This document shows, one piece after another, positions 1-14,668 of a stretch of DNA of 64,000 nucleotides. Position 1 is the stretch's first letter. Each line of letters starts with the position of its first letter. The notes beneath the pieces are model-generated. The model was not told the origin of the DNA, made no database searches, and saw nothing but the letters and a program-made list of their open reading frames with translations. The stretch covers positions 1 through 64,000 of IMG/VR virus record IMGVR_UViG_3300029928_000006. One strand, 5' to 3'. This DNA is from a virus. Its lineage: Duplodnaviria; Caudoviricetes. The position numbers and the translations under genes are program-made.

Positions 1-81
1 CCGTTATCTTTAGCGAGACAAAACCAATAGAAAGGACCCATAAAGAGTCTGGCTTTACGGTGATGCTTAAACCGTACTTAT

Positions 82-344
82 TGCCCTATGGTGTAATGAT
101 AGCACAGGAGGCTCTTTGGTGGAGCTCTGTTTGGAAACATACAGATGAACATCCCGCTAATTCGGTGAACGTCTCATGTAGATAACGCCGAGCTAGGTTT
201 AAATACCGAGTGTAGAGACTTTATACGGGATACCTAAACGAAAGCATGGTAAAGACAAAGTCCAGCCAACAACAGAAATGGTCGTAGCAATACGATGTTG
301 GAAGAACCCTCTTAGTCTGGGTTTGAATCCTAGTGGGGTGACTA
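82..344 (+). tRNA. Amber-suppressor tRNA (anticodon CUA, probably Gln-charged), split by a group I intron; exon 1 82-115, exon 2 305-341 (+CTA in place of CCA)
   Basis: Joined exons form a full cloverleaf. Acceptor TGCCCTA(82-88)/TGGGGTG(334-340); D stem GTGT(91-94)/GCAC(102-105); anticodon stem GGAGG(107-111)/CCTCT(308-312) with 7-nt loop CT-CTA-AC; T arm CTGGG-TTTGAAT-CCTAG(317-333); discriminator A341. The 5' end resembles bacterial tRNA-Gln. Confidence 0.88.
116..304 (+). mobile_element. Group I self-splicing intron (189 nt, no ORF) in the tRNA anticodon, between positions 35 and 36
   Basis: Exon 1 ends in U and the intron ends in G. P1 GGCTCT(110-115)/GGAGCT(121-126) places a U-G pair at the splice site. 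P3 ATCCCG(151-156)/CGGGAT(226-231); P4 TCGGTG/CGCCGA; P7 GAGACT(215-220)/AGTCC(259-263); P9 CAACA/TGTTG with a TCGTA-GCAA-TACGA hairpin. Confidence 0.9.
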
Positions 345-362
345 AATTTAAAAACATAAAAC

Positions 363-974
363 ATGAATATAGGATCACATAATTCTTTAAGCTATAAGTA
401 CCCAGAGAAATGGTGGATGAGACCATTCCATTTTGTTGCTAAATGTCAGAACGTTGACTTTATACAACAATACAATCTTGGGGTAAGAGTATTTGACTTA
501 CGTATAGCTTTTGGTAGTGATGGCTTTGTACAAGTAAAGCATGGGTATATGGTATTTAAAGTATCAAGTCTATACCTAGATAGCTTCCTTAAATTCTTAG
601 ACGAGAAAGGAGATTGCTATCTACGTGTAATACTTGAATTTAATTCAAAGCCAAAGGATATAGATTACCAAGAATGTAGATTTAAACAGACATGCGAATT
701 CTTAGAAAAAGCTTACTCTAATATAAAGTTCTTTGGCGGTAATAGGAAATACGACTGGAAGGTTATATATGAGTTTAAGAATAAGGATGTTCCTACTCTT
801 GTAGATAGATATTCGAGTACTACGTCATTATTTAAGAGCGATAACAAGTTTTTAAGAATTGTAGATGATATCTGGCCTTGGTTATATGCAAGGCTAATGA
901 ACAAAAAGAATTTTGCAGAGTTTGATAAAAACTCAAAAGATTACTTATTTACAGATTTTGTAGATATGCAATAA
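363..974 (+). CDS. PI-PLC X-domain-like phosphodiesterase (203 aa, TAG-free)
   Basis: N-terminal GSHNS, GVRVFDLRI and VKHG motifs match the two catalytic His positions and the DLR strand of PI-PLC/GDPD TIM barrels. Confidence 0.7.
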   Translation: MNIGSHNSLSYKYPEKWWMRPFHFVAKCQNVDFIQQYNLGVRVFDLRIAFGSDGFVQVKHGYMVFKVSSLYLDSFLKFLDEKGDCYLRVILEFNSKPKDIDYQECRFKQTCEFLEKAYSNIKFFGGNRKYDWKVIYEFKNKDVPTLVDRYSSTTSLFKSDNKFLRIVDDIWPWLYARLMNKKNFAEFDKNSKDYLFTDFVDMQ

Positions 975-979
975 ATACT

Positions 980-1813
980 ATGGAGTTAAAATTTAAGAGA
1001 CTTACGGACGATGCAGTCCTCCCGATTCGCGGTACAAAAGGTTCCGCAGGAATAGATTTGACCTGCAATAAGATCGAAACAACGCTTAATGAGGCAAATC
1101 AGTTAATGTTAGTATATCATACAGGCTTAGCAGTTGAAATCCCAACTGGATACGTTGGCCTGTTGGTTCCACGCTCTAGTATTTGGAAAAAGTCATTATG
1201 GCTTACTGACTCGATTGGGGTGATAGACGCTAGAATATTGAAGTTATATACAGAAATAACAAGGGAATGATAATTGGTGTCTCAAAACAGGGTGAATTGC
1301 TGGAAAAGCCTGAGGAGGTCGATCAGCAGCCAAGCTTGGATAGTAATATCCTTGAAGGTTCAGAGACTAACAGCCGAGTCTTACGAGATAGTAATGCTGA
1401 CACGAGTGCCCTGCCCAGTAATGGTGAAGATATAGTCCGAACTACTGATAACTAAAGAAACAGTAGAAATACAAAGATAAAGAGCTTTGTAAATTAACAA
1501 TCCTCAATTGTTGGATTATAGAGGAGAAATAATGGCGTTTATGAAAGCCACAACAGATGTTGTACCTGCTATATACAAGCAAGGAGAACGATTCTGTCAG
1601 TTAGTCATCGTCCCAGTACCAGATTATACTATAACAGAAGTTGCCGACCTTTCAGAAACAGATAGAGGTGCCGGTGGTTTTGGTTCAACTGGAACTGGTA
1701 CAGATAAGGAAGTTAGCGCAGCTACGGGAGCTGATGGTAAGGCTAGCGAACAGCCACAGCCCGCAAATTAGCCAGCGGCGGCACCAAGTAGTGCTGAGGT
1801 AGAGAAAGGGTAA
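980..1813 (+). CDS. dut: Trimeric dUTPase, 183 aa after splicing (exons 980-1231 and 1514-1813; one TAG=Gln at 1769)
   Basis: Motifs AGIDL, PRSS, GVIDA|DYRGEI (rejoined by splicing), RFCQLV and RGAGGFGSTG. Ends at TAA 1811-1813 if TAG is read through, or at 1771 if not. Confidence 0.92.
1232..1513 (+). mobile_element. Group I intron (IA-like, 282 nt, no ORF) in dut motif 3
   Basis: Core elements GAATTGCTGGAAA, ATCAGCAGCC, GTTCAGAGACTA and GAAGATATAGTCC; P3 CAGGGT/GCCCTG. U at exon end, terminal G1513, and removal restores GVIDADYRG in frame. Confidence 0.9.
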
Positions 1814-1833
1814 GCTTGATTTCTCTATATAAA

Positions 1834-1864
1834 GGGAGTTACTCAATTGAGTAGCCCCCTTTTT
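1834..1864 (+). terminator. Rho-independent terminator after dut
   Basis: GGGAGTTACTC-AATT-GAGTAGCCCCC stem (one mismatch) followed by a T tract. Confidence 0.7.
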
Positions 1865-1888
1865 GTGTTTAACGTTAATACTACTAAA

Positions 1889-2941
1889 ATGAAACTAATC
1901 AAACAACAATTAAACGGTATATCGATAAAACAGGCTCCATAGGTAGGTACTAGAACACCGAATATACTTATGGGGGAGCATTAGGGTGAATATCTTCGTG
2001 GTGACATCATGGATGCTAACGCTGTCATACAGGCGTTCGATGAGCTTAAAGATGGCGTAGATGATAACCATGATACCCTTAATGAACTTAATGAAGAGAT
2101 TAAGACCAATGCTACTACTATTGACGGTGCTATTACTTATATACACAAAGTAGAGGAGGAATCTAAATCAAGAGACGATGCGGCTACTAAAAGCTTAAAT
2201 GACGAGATTAGTAGAGCTACTGCTGCAGAGAAGGCTAACAAAGCTAGAATCGACGTAATCGATGGTGATTCAGATACAGAAGGCTCGTATAGAAAGGCTG
2301 TTAAAGATTTGATTAATGGTGCCCCTGAAGCATATGATACCCTTAAGGAGATCGCTGATAAACTCGCAACAAACGACGATCTTCATAAAGCTATACAAGA
2401 CGCTATAACAGCGAAGGCTGAGAAAACTGCTCTCACTGCAGAGGTAACTCGTGCTACAGCAGCAGAAGAGGCTAATGCCACTGCTATTGCTACAAAGGCT
2501 GATAAGACCAGTCTTGACGCAGAGGTAACAAGAGCTACTGCTAAGGAGAAAGAAATTTCAGATAGCGTAAGTAAGGAAATCAGCGATAGAAAAGCAGCTG
2601 ATGCCGCATTGGTTGTAAAGACTGACTACGAGGCAGATAAGGCTACATTCGCTAAAAAGACTGAGATCCCCACAAAGGTAAGTCAGCTTACTAATGATGC
2701 GAAATACTTAACATCATATACTGAGACAGATCCTGTTTGGACAGCGGCAAAACCAAATTACTACACAAAAACAGAGATTGATGGTAAGGGCTTTTTAACT
2801 GAACATCAATCACTTACTGATTATGCAAAGAAAACAGATCTTACTAGCAAGGCAGACTCTACAGATGTAACTGCATTGCAAACAAAGATTGCTGATCTTG
2901 AAAAGCGCGTTGCTGCCTTGGAGGCTAAGCAAACTGCATAA
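1889..2941 (+). CDS. Fibre-like/coiled-coil virion protein (350 aa, 2 TAG=Gln near the N-terminus)
   Basis: ATG1889 is in frame with the track ORF at 2009 through two TAGs. Repeated AEVTRATAAE/DEISRATAAE units, plus IPTKVSQLTNDAKY and ETDPVW segments typical of Bacteroidota phage fibres. Confidence 0.7.
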
Positions 2942-2946
2942 TAATA

Positions 2947-3101
2947 GCTAGGTCTTAATGAAAGCATGACGGGGCTCGCTACCCCGCCTAGCACAACCCT
3001 CTAGGTGGAATATACTAGAGCACATGTTTAAACATTTATAGCTGCAGAATTCATGATACAGCCTTTAATGGCACTGCAGCACTATTGGGTAGCACGCCCA
3101 A
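2947..3101 (+). ncRNA. Candidate structured intergenic RNA, starting with a tRNA-like acceptor plus T-arm element
   Basis: GCTAGG/CCTAGC enclosing CGGGG-CTCGCTA-CCCCG, then CTCTAG/CTAGAG, the ATGTTTAAACAT palindrome, GCTGCAG/CTGCAGC and TTGGG/CCCAA hairpins. Confidence 0.35.
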
Positions 3102-3127
3102 ATTGTTAACAATCAAAGAAATTAAAT

Positions 3128-7527
<4,400 letters not shown>

Positions 7528-7528
<1 letters not shown>

Positions 7529-7848
7529 TGAAGATAGTGAGATAGAATATATTGCCACCAAAGGGTTTTTTGGCAATTAATTTATTTGGTTATCTATTCT
7601 GCAGAAAAGGTGCAGTCATTGACCAAAAGACAATTAATCATGAGTCTATCCATACAGAATAGATGAAAGAGATGTTGTATATACCTTTTTATATATGGTA
7701 TGCAATAGAATGGCTAGTTAAGTTATTCTGTAAAGGCAATGCGTATAGAAACATATCATTTGAAAGAGAGGCATACGATAATCAAGGTAACCTTGAATAT
7801 TTAAAAACTAGAAAACATTACAGTTGGTTTAAAAGACTATTTAAATAA
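7528..7848 (+). CDS. Small zincin-like (HExxH) protein (106 aa)
   Basis: TAATG overlap with the upstream stop. INHESIHTEQMKE (Q encoded by TAG) and a downstream FEREAY motif. Confidence 0.75.
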
Positions 7849-8357
7849 TGTTTGATATAGTAAACAATAAGATACAGTTAAGTACAGAAGATTTGGCTAT
7901 ACCACCATTTAGAGACTTCTATAACAATGCTAAAGATAAACAAGATGCGTTGAAGAAGATAGAGTTCATCGTGTGGCGTTATAAATGGAATAGCCCATAT
8001 GAGGCTTACCCTGAGAAAGAACGTACATGGAGAGTAGCTAAAGATGTGCTTAATGATTAGAATTATAAACCTGATGACACTGTAAAAGAATTAGCAAAAA
8101 GGTTCCAGGAGTTCCAAGAGACTCCTGCTACCCGCTTGCTTAAATCTTCTAAAAGTGCAGCAGAGGGCATTATGAACACTATGGATAGCTATGCTGAAGA
8201 AGAGCTTGATATAGATACAGCTAAGAAGCTTTCAGCTATATTGAAAGATGTTAGCGGTATTATCAAATCTCTGGATATGGCTACCAAGTAGGCAAAAGCA
8301 GAACAAGTTGAAACTGGTAAGGTCAAAGGTGGTGGCGTTATTGGTATGTATGAATAA
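7848..8357 (+). CDS. Conserved protein upstream of TerL, candidate terminase small subunit (169 aa)
   Basis: TAATG overlap; open through 2 TAGs to TAA 8355-8357; helical, ending KVKGGGVIGMYE. The TerS call rests on position only. Confidence 0.5.
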
Positions 8358-8362
8358 TTACT

Positions 8363-10657
8363 ATGGTAGACTTTAATTAGAAACTTCATAACACAGATAA
8401 GTTTAGATAGGCTGCTATTTTCTTTGAAGAGCATGGGTGTTATACGTTAGCACCTAGAGGTACTACCGATTATAATAAATTCTGGGATCAGGAAACTAAA
8501 CGTTGTTTATACGGATATACTGCTCCTGATGGAGAGGGTATAACTGGTTATAATTATTTCTACTTAAACTACAGTCCTATCATGAAGCTTAATGAAACAG
8601 AGTATATTGATAGGGAAGGCAATGTAAGAAAGAGGCGAGAACGTAGATTAGAGTTCCCTAACTTCTGGGATTACGATTACTATTATTACTGTGCTATAGA
8701 TGATGCTGAACAACAGGGCAAACATATGGCGGTGATTAAGTGTAGACAAAGGGGATACAGCTTTAAAGGTGCATCAATGCTTGTACGAAACTATATGTTA
8801 ATACCCGGTTCAAAGAATTTCGCAATAGCTTCAGAACAGAAGTTCTTAGTAGGTGACGGTTTGCTTACAAAAGCTTGGTAGATAATGGACTTTCTTGATA
8901 AGCATACAGCCTGGGCTAAGCAAAGACTTGTATCAACACGTATGGAAAGAACATCTGGTTATAAAATAACCGACGAGTTTGGTAAATAGACCGAACAAGG
9001 ATATTTATCAAGCATAACCGGGATAACCCTTAAGAATGACCCAGAGCGTGTTCGTGGTACTCGTGCTAAACTTGTACTATGGGAGGAAGGTGGTAAATTC
9101 CCAAACCTATTAGATGCATGGCGAATAGAACAACCTTCTGTAGAAACTGATGATGGTGTAGCATTCGGTTTAATGGTAGCTTACGGTACTGGTGGTACGG
9201 TTGGTTCAAGCTTTGATGGATTAAAAGAGCTGTTTTATAAACCAAAATCTTACAATGTACTTAGCTTTCCTAATATATGGGACGATGGCAGAGATAACAC
9301 AGAATGTGGGTTCTTTGTACCAGCTTATTCTAATCTAGAGTCATTTGATGAAAATGGTAATCAAAGATTCATGGATAAGGATGGTAATAGTTTAAAAGAT
9401 AAAGCTATAGAAAACCTAATAGAACAACGTAATAAAGTAAAAGATGGAGGTGCTAGTTAGCAGTCTATAGATAGATTTATCTCAGAGCGTCCTATAAAAC
9501 CAGCAGAAGCGGTACTTGAGCTAGGTAAGAATATATTCCCTAGAAAGCTTTTGATGGATCAACTAACTCGTATACGTACGAATAAGAAACTTCAAAGTAT
9601 GAAGCATATAGTTGATCTACAGTGGGACGGTAAAGGTAGTGTTGAAGCTATAGAAAAGAAGAGTGGAGATATAACAGAGTACCCACTTAAGAAAGGCGAT
9701 AAACCGCATGGCTCTGTAGTAATATGGGAGTATCCTGTTAAAGACCCTCCTTTGGGTTTATATATCAGTGGGTGCGATCCCTTGTGTTAGGGGCATCATT
9801 TATGATGAAAATTGGGTAAAAACGGTGAAGGTCTAGAACAGAAAACACCGTGCTAATCTTGTAGATTACGAAAGGCTATAAGACAGTGTAACGCGTAGGA
9901 GATGAATAAATATAATTCTCCCAAGAGTGCCCGACACTATTTAGTGATAATGTACGCTGAACTACATGGGGACATGTAGAAGTTAAGATAAAAAGCTTAA
10001 CGATAACAAATTGACGACCACGACGATAGCTTTACAAACTCATTAGGCTCTACATTTATATTTAAACGCGTACGAGCAGGAGAAGCTTGGAACGATGTAA
10101 TAGTAGCAGAATATTCTGGCCGCCCAGATACAGCGGAAGAATACTATGAGAATGTGCGTAAACTGCTAATGTTTTACAACGCACGATTATTATTTGAGAA
10201 TGAGCGTAAAGGTATCTATCCTTACTTTACGAATAAACATTGTGATTACCTACTTGCTGATTAGCCAGATAAGATAATATCTGAGGTATTTAAGGATAGT
10301 AAAGTACAAAGAAGAAAAGGCTGTCATATGACAAAATAGATTAGAGCATATGGAGAAGGCCTTATATTAGAGTGGTTACTGGATGAATATGAACCAGGTC
10401 ACCCTAATGTAGAAAGAGTATACAGCGAACCTTTAATAGAAGAACTTATAGAGAATGATGGTGTGCGAAATGTAGACCGTGTTATTGCTCTATGTATGGT
10501 TATGATATACAGAGAAGAACTATATTAGTTAAAGGTGTCGTCTGCTAAAGAACAAAATAAATAGGTTGAACTCTTCGAAGTGCCGTTATTTAGTAAACAA
10601 TGGTTTGAAGAAGATAACAGCGCAAGTGAAGACGGTATACCGATATTCACATTTTAA
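8363..10657 (+). CDS. terL: Terminase large subunit, 687 aa after splicing (exons 8363-9782 and 10014-10657)
   Basis: Walker A region KCRQRGYS, Walker B LVLWEEGGK, YGTGG coupling motif, nuclease GCDP-Y-DHDD rejoined by splicing, and FENERKG; multiple in-frame TAGs. Confidence 0.93.
9783..10013 (+). mobile_element. Group I intron (231 nt, no ORF) in the TerL nuclease motif
   Basis: Splicing joins CCC-T and AC-GAC to give P-Y-D. P4 CGGTG/CACCG; P3 TTGGGT/GCCCGA; variant P7 GCGTA/TACGC; GGAGA/TCTCC insertion helix; terminal G10013. Confidence 0.85.
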
Positions 10658-10660
10658 TAC

Positions 10661-13132
10661 ATGGAAGATAACTTATACAATTCAGCTTTCCCTAGACAAA
10701 AGCTACCGCTTTCACAAAAGAATAAGAAGTGGCAAGAGGATTGCGTTAACTATATTATAGGTGAAGGTAACGTAACGTCTGGAGGAAATAGTACATCATA
10801 TTACGGAGAGCTGTAGACCTATTATAATTTATATAACAGCATCTTCGATGAAAAGGATTTCAAAACGGTTACAAATCCATTTAAGGTCGAGGATGGTTTC
10901 CCTGCTACTCCTCATGATTTTAACATCATAAGACCTAAAGTAGACTTACTAATAGGCGAGGAGACGAAGCGACCTCTAAACTTTAGAGTTATCAGAACTT
11001 CTCAATAGGCTACTTCAGAAATGCAGGAGAAAGAAAAACAAATGATTCTTCAGTACATAGAAGCAGCTATCACAGCTAGAATGAGTCCTGAAGAACAACA
11101 ATAGTTCCAAGAATAGTTGTAGTCTGGCGAAGTAATGCCACCTGAGGCTATAGCCAGATACATGGATAAGGATTATAAAGATATTGTTGAAAACACAGCG
11201 TATCATACGCTTACATATTTAAGAGAAAAGCTTGACCTAGATAATGAGTTTATCAAAGGTTGGAAAGACGGGTTAATCTCAGGTAGAGAAATCTATTACG
11301 TTGGTGTACTGAATGCAGAGCCATATGTAGAAAGAGTTAACCCTATATATTTCTCTTACGATAAAAGTCCAGATTTGGAATATATCGAAGATGGAGCTTG
11401 GTGCTGTAGAAAGATGCGTATGCCAATTACAGAAGTGTACGATAGATACTACGATAAACTTGAAGAGAAAGATCTTAATAAACTTGAAGAGCTTATAGGA
11501 TCTACACCTGGTAGAAATCTTGGTGACAGGAGTCCAGTAGATATGGGTATACAGTTACGTATATATGACAACCCAATATTCGAGGGAGCTGGTAAATCTT
11601 TGGTAAACGTTTGGCATTGTTGCTGGAAGTCGTTTAAGAAGATATACTATGTTACTACAGCAGATGAAACCGGGCAGCCTTAGATCAATATTGTTGATGA
11701 AACGTACAAACCAGTAGGTACAGAGATTAGCGTAGAACCAGATTGGATTATAGAGGTATGGGAAGGCTATAGAGCCGGTAGCGACCTCTACTTTGGTATA
11801 CAGCCTATAGAGTATCAGCATGTAAGTATAGACAACCCTAATAGCCAAAAGCTCCCATATTGCGGAGCTATTTATAGTAACACAAATAGTAAACCTAGGT
11901 CGTTGGTTAGTATTCTTAAGCCATTACAGTATATGTATATTGTACTGTGGTACAGGCTTGAATTAGCTATCGCTAGAGATAAAGGTAAGGTGTTACTATT
12001 TGATATTACCTAGATACCTAAGTCTATGGGTATTACGCCTACAAAATGGCTTCATTATTTGAGCTCTGTCGGCGTATCTTTTGTTAACCCTACAGAAACA
12101 GGCTGGGGTAACAATGAACGCGATGGAGGGCGTGCAGCAGCGTTTAATCAGTATTAGGCAATGGACCTCACAATGTCTAATGTAATAGCTGAATACATAC
12201 AGTTAATGGATAAGATTGAAGAGCTAGCTGGTACAATCTCAGGTATAACTCAACAACGAGAAGGATCTATTTCAACATCAGAAATGGTTGGTAATGTACA
12301 ACGTTCTGTTGTTCAAAGCTCACATATTACAGAGCCATTATTCTGGGTACATAACCAGTGTAAGCGTAGAGTCCTCAATATGCTTTTGAATACTGCTAAA
12401 GGCGCCTGGGAAGATACTGGTAGACAAAAGCTCCAGTACATCTTTGATAATGGGGAGCGTGCATTTATAGACATTACTCCTAAGTTCTACTATGAAGATA
12501 TGGATGTATTTGTAAGTGATACATCTAAGGATCTTGAGAATATACAGAAGTTACAATAGCTTATACAGCCTGCTATGCAGAATGGCGCTAGCTTGCTTGA
12601 GGCAGCAGAAATCCTTACTAACGATAACTTCAATATTATTAAGCAAAAGCTTAAGGATATGCAGACTCGTCAAGAGTAGATGCAACAGCAACAGCAAGAG
12701 GCAGAAGCTCAGCAGCAACAGCAGTTACAGCAGATGCAGAATGACTCTAAGCAGCAAGAGCTTATGTTGCAGGAAGCGCAGATGGATCTTCAGAGATACC
12801 AGATTGATCAAGATAATCAGACTAAAATAGCTGTAGCCCAGATTAATGCTTATCGTGGTGTAGAAGATATGGATCAAGATCAAAATGGTACCCCAGATGT
12901 TATAGAGCTTGGGAAGCAAGCTTTGGAGCAGCAAAAGGTTAATCAAGAAGCTTATAATAAGCGATATGAGGCTAAACAAAAGCGTGAGATTGAAGATCAA
13001 AAGATTTAGCTTGAGAAGGATAAGATGAAGCATGAGTCTGAACTACAAAAGCAGAAAGACGATGCCGCTATGCAAAGGGAAGAGCTTAAATCTAGAACTG
13101 CTTTAAAAAATAAAACATCAGGGGAGGCTTAA
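10661..13132 (+). CDS. Portal protein (823 aa in code 15)
   Basis: Starts FPRQKLPLSQKNKKWQEDC; directly follows TerL; single frame interrupted only by TAG; Gln-rich C-terminus with TAG inside poly-Q runs; ends at TAA. Confidence 0.9.
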
Positions 13133-13134
13133 TC

Positions 13135-14082
13135 ATGAAGTTCGACAACAAATCATTCCAAGAAAAATATGAAGCGTGGAAGAACGGTGCTGACTACTGG
13201 AAAGATATACGTGGTATCAACTTAAGTGGAGATACTTGGGTTGATAACCAAGATATATATGAAGACCCTTAGATTAAGCAACGTATAAATTCAATTGTTG
13301 ACTACTACGATGATTACCCAGCTTATAAACATGGTAAAGGGTCTAACAACGATTATATCAACGCCTTCGTTCATAAGATGGGTCCACTAGTTGGGCGACA
13401 GCTTGGTAGATATGGCTACGGTAGAGAAGCCTATTACAACGTAATGAGACAGCTTGGATACGAATCTAATTACGGTAGATCGAACATAGCTAGACGTTAG
13501 CATAATTATGGAGGCGTCGGATTTAACGGGAAGAAATACAATTCATATAAATCAGATGAGGACTTTGTAAAAGACTATGTTAGACTGATGCATAAACGTT
13601 ATCGTTCTGCATTAAAGGCAAAGTCAACACAAGATTATGCTAGAGAGCTTAAACGAAACGGATACTATACTGATACACTTGCACATTATACAAGCCAGCT
13701 TAGAGGTATGGATTCGTTAGCAAAAGCTGCATTTAATCATAGGTACAGGAACCCAAATATGTACAACTACAATGTTAAGTTTAATGACGTTGTACAAGAT
13801 TATAATGACGCGAAAAACACCGTGACACCTAATTAGCCAATAGTTGAGGTTCCGGTTTCTACTAGAGTTTAGGCTCCTGTGGTTCCGTTTACTTTAAGCA
13901 AAGAATAGGTATAGGCTCAACAATAGCAGTTTGTTAACCAACAAAGGTAGAAAATGTATGACGCAATCACAACTCCTGCGCTTCCGAATATACTAGACTT
14001 ACTCCCATAGAACAATTTTGGCAAAGATGCTTATGGACAGAAGTTCTGGTAGCGTAGGGGTAATAATCTTAAATTGAGATAA
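13135..14082 (+). CDS. Protein with a GH73 (FlgJ-like glucosaminidase) peptidoglycan-hydrolase domain (315 aa)
   Basis: QLGYESNYGRSNIARRQHNYGG and downstream DYARELKRNGYYT resemble the GH73 catalytic Glu helix, NxxG and GYxT motifs. Confidence 0.7.
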
Positions 14083-14084
14083 TT

Positions 14085-14666
14085 ATGACGCAGATAGAAA
14101 GTCCTAAACGAAAGATGTAGAAGAGAAATGACTATCAACGTCATAAGCTTCTTCGTAAGATTAAACGCAGAAATAGGAATAGAGCTAAAGCTGACTAGGA
14201 GGTAGCTGAGAAATAGCTGAAGAAAAAGCTGAATCTACCAAGATTTAGCGACGGCAAAACAAGGGAAGTATATAAGTCTAATATTCATTTCAATAATGAT
14301 GATGCAGCAAACGGTTATGGTTCAGATTATTATAATACGTATAAAGATTTGCTAAATAAAGCCAAATCATCAAACAGCCCTAAAGATTGGCAGAATGTAA
14401 TTAATCTTGAAAATCATATTAGGAATTCTCTGAAGTATTTACCTATAGTGTCTCCTTTTGTAATTGGAGCAAAATTCGACAATTATAATTCTGGTAAAGA
14501 CATACACATTAAACCATCTAAGCGTGGTACATTTACTAAAGCAGCTAAACGACATGGAATGAGTGTACAGGGATTTGCTAGTAAGGTTCTAAGGAACCCA
14601 AGTAAATATAGTGCAGCTATGAGGAAGAAAGCTAACTTTGCACGCAATGCAGCGAAGTGGAACTAA
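14085..14666 (+). CDS. Basic putative internal-head protein (193 aa)
   Basis: Lys/Arg-rich N-terminus with 3 TAGs. The C-terminal GKDIHIKPSKRGTFT...KKANFARNAAKW is a motif I recall from crAss-like virion proteins (not verified by search). Confidence 0.6.
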
Positions 14667-14668
14667 TA

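Noticed and set aside
56-76. TACGGT/ACCGTA hairpin just upstream of the tRNA
   Set aside because: A single 6-bp stem at the window edge, with no context to assign a function.
107-125. Reading the 5' tRNA half as an uninterrupted tRNA-Gln(TTG) or Lys(CTT)
   Set aside because: The bases after 115 cannot close the anticodon stem. They form the P1 guide, and the matching 3' half begins at 305.
1267-1455. 62-aa ORF between the dut fragments
   Set aside because: It is a chance reading of the group I intron core.
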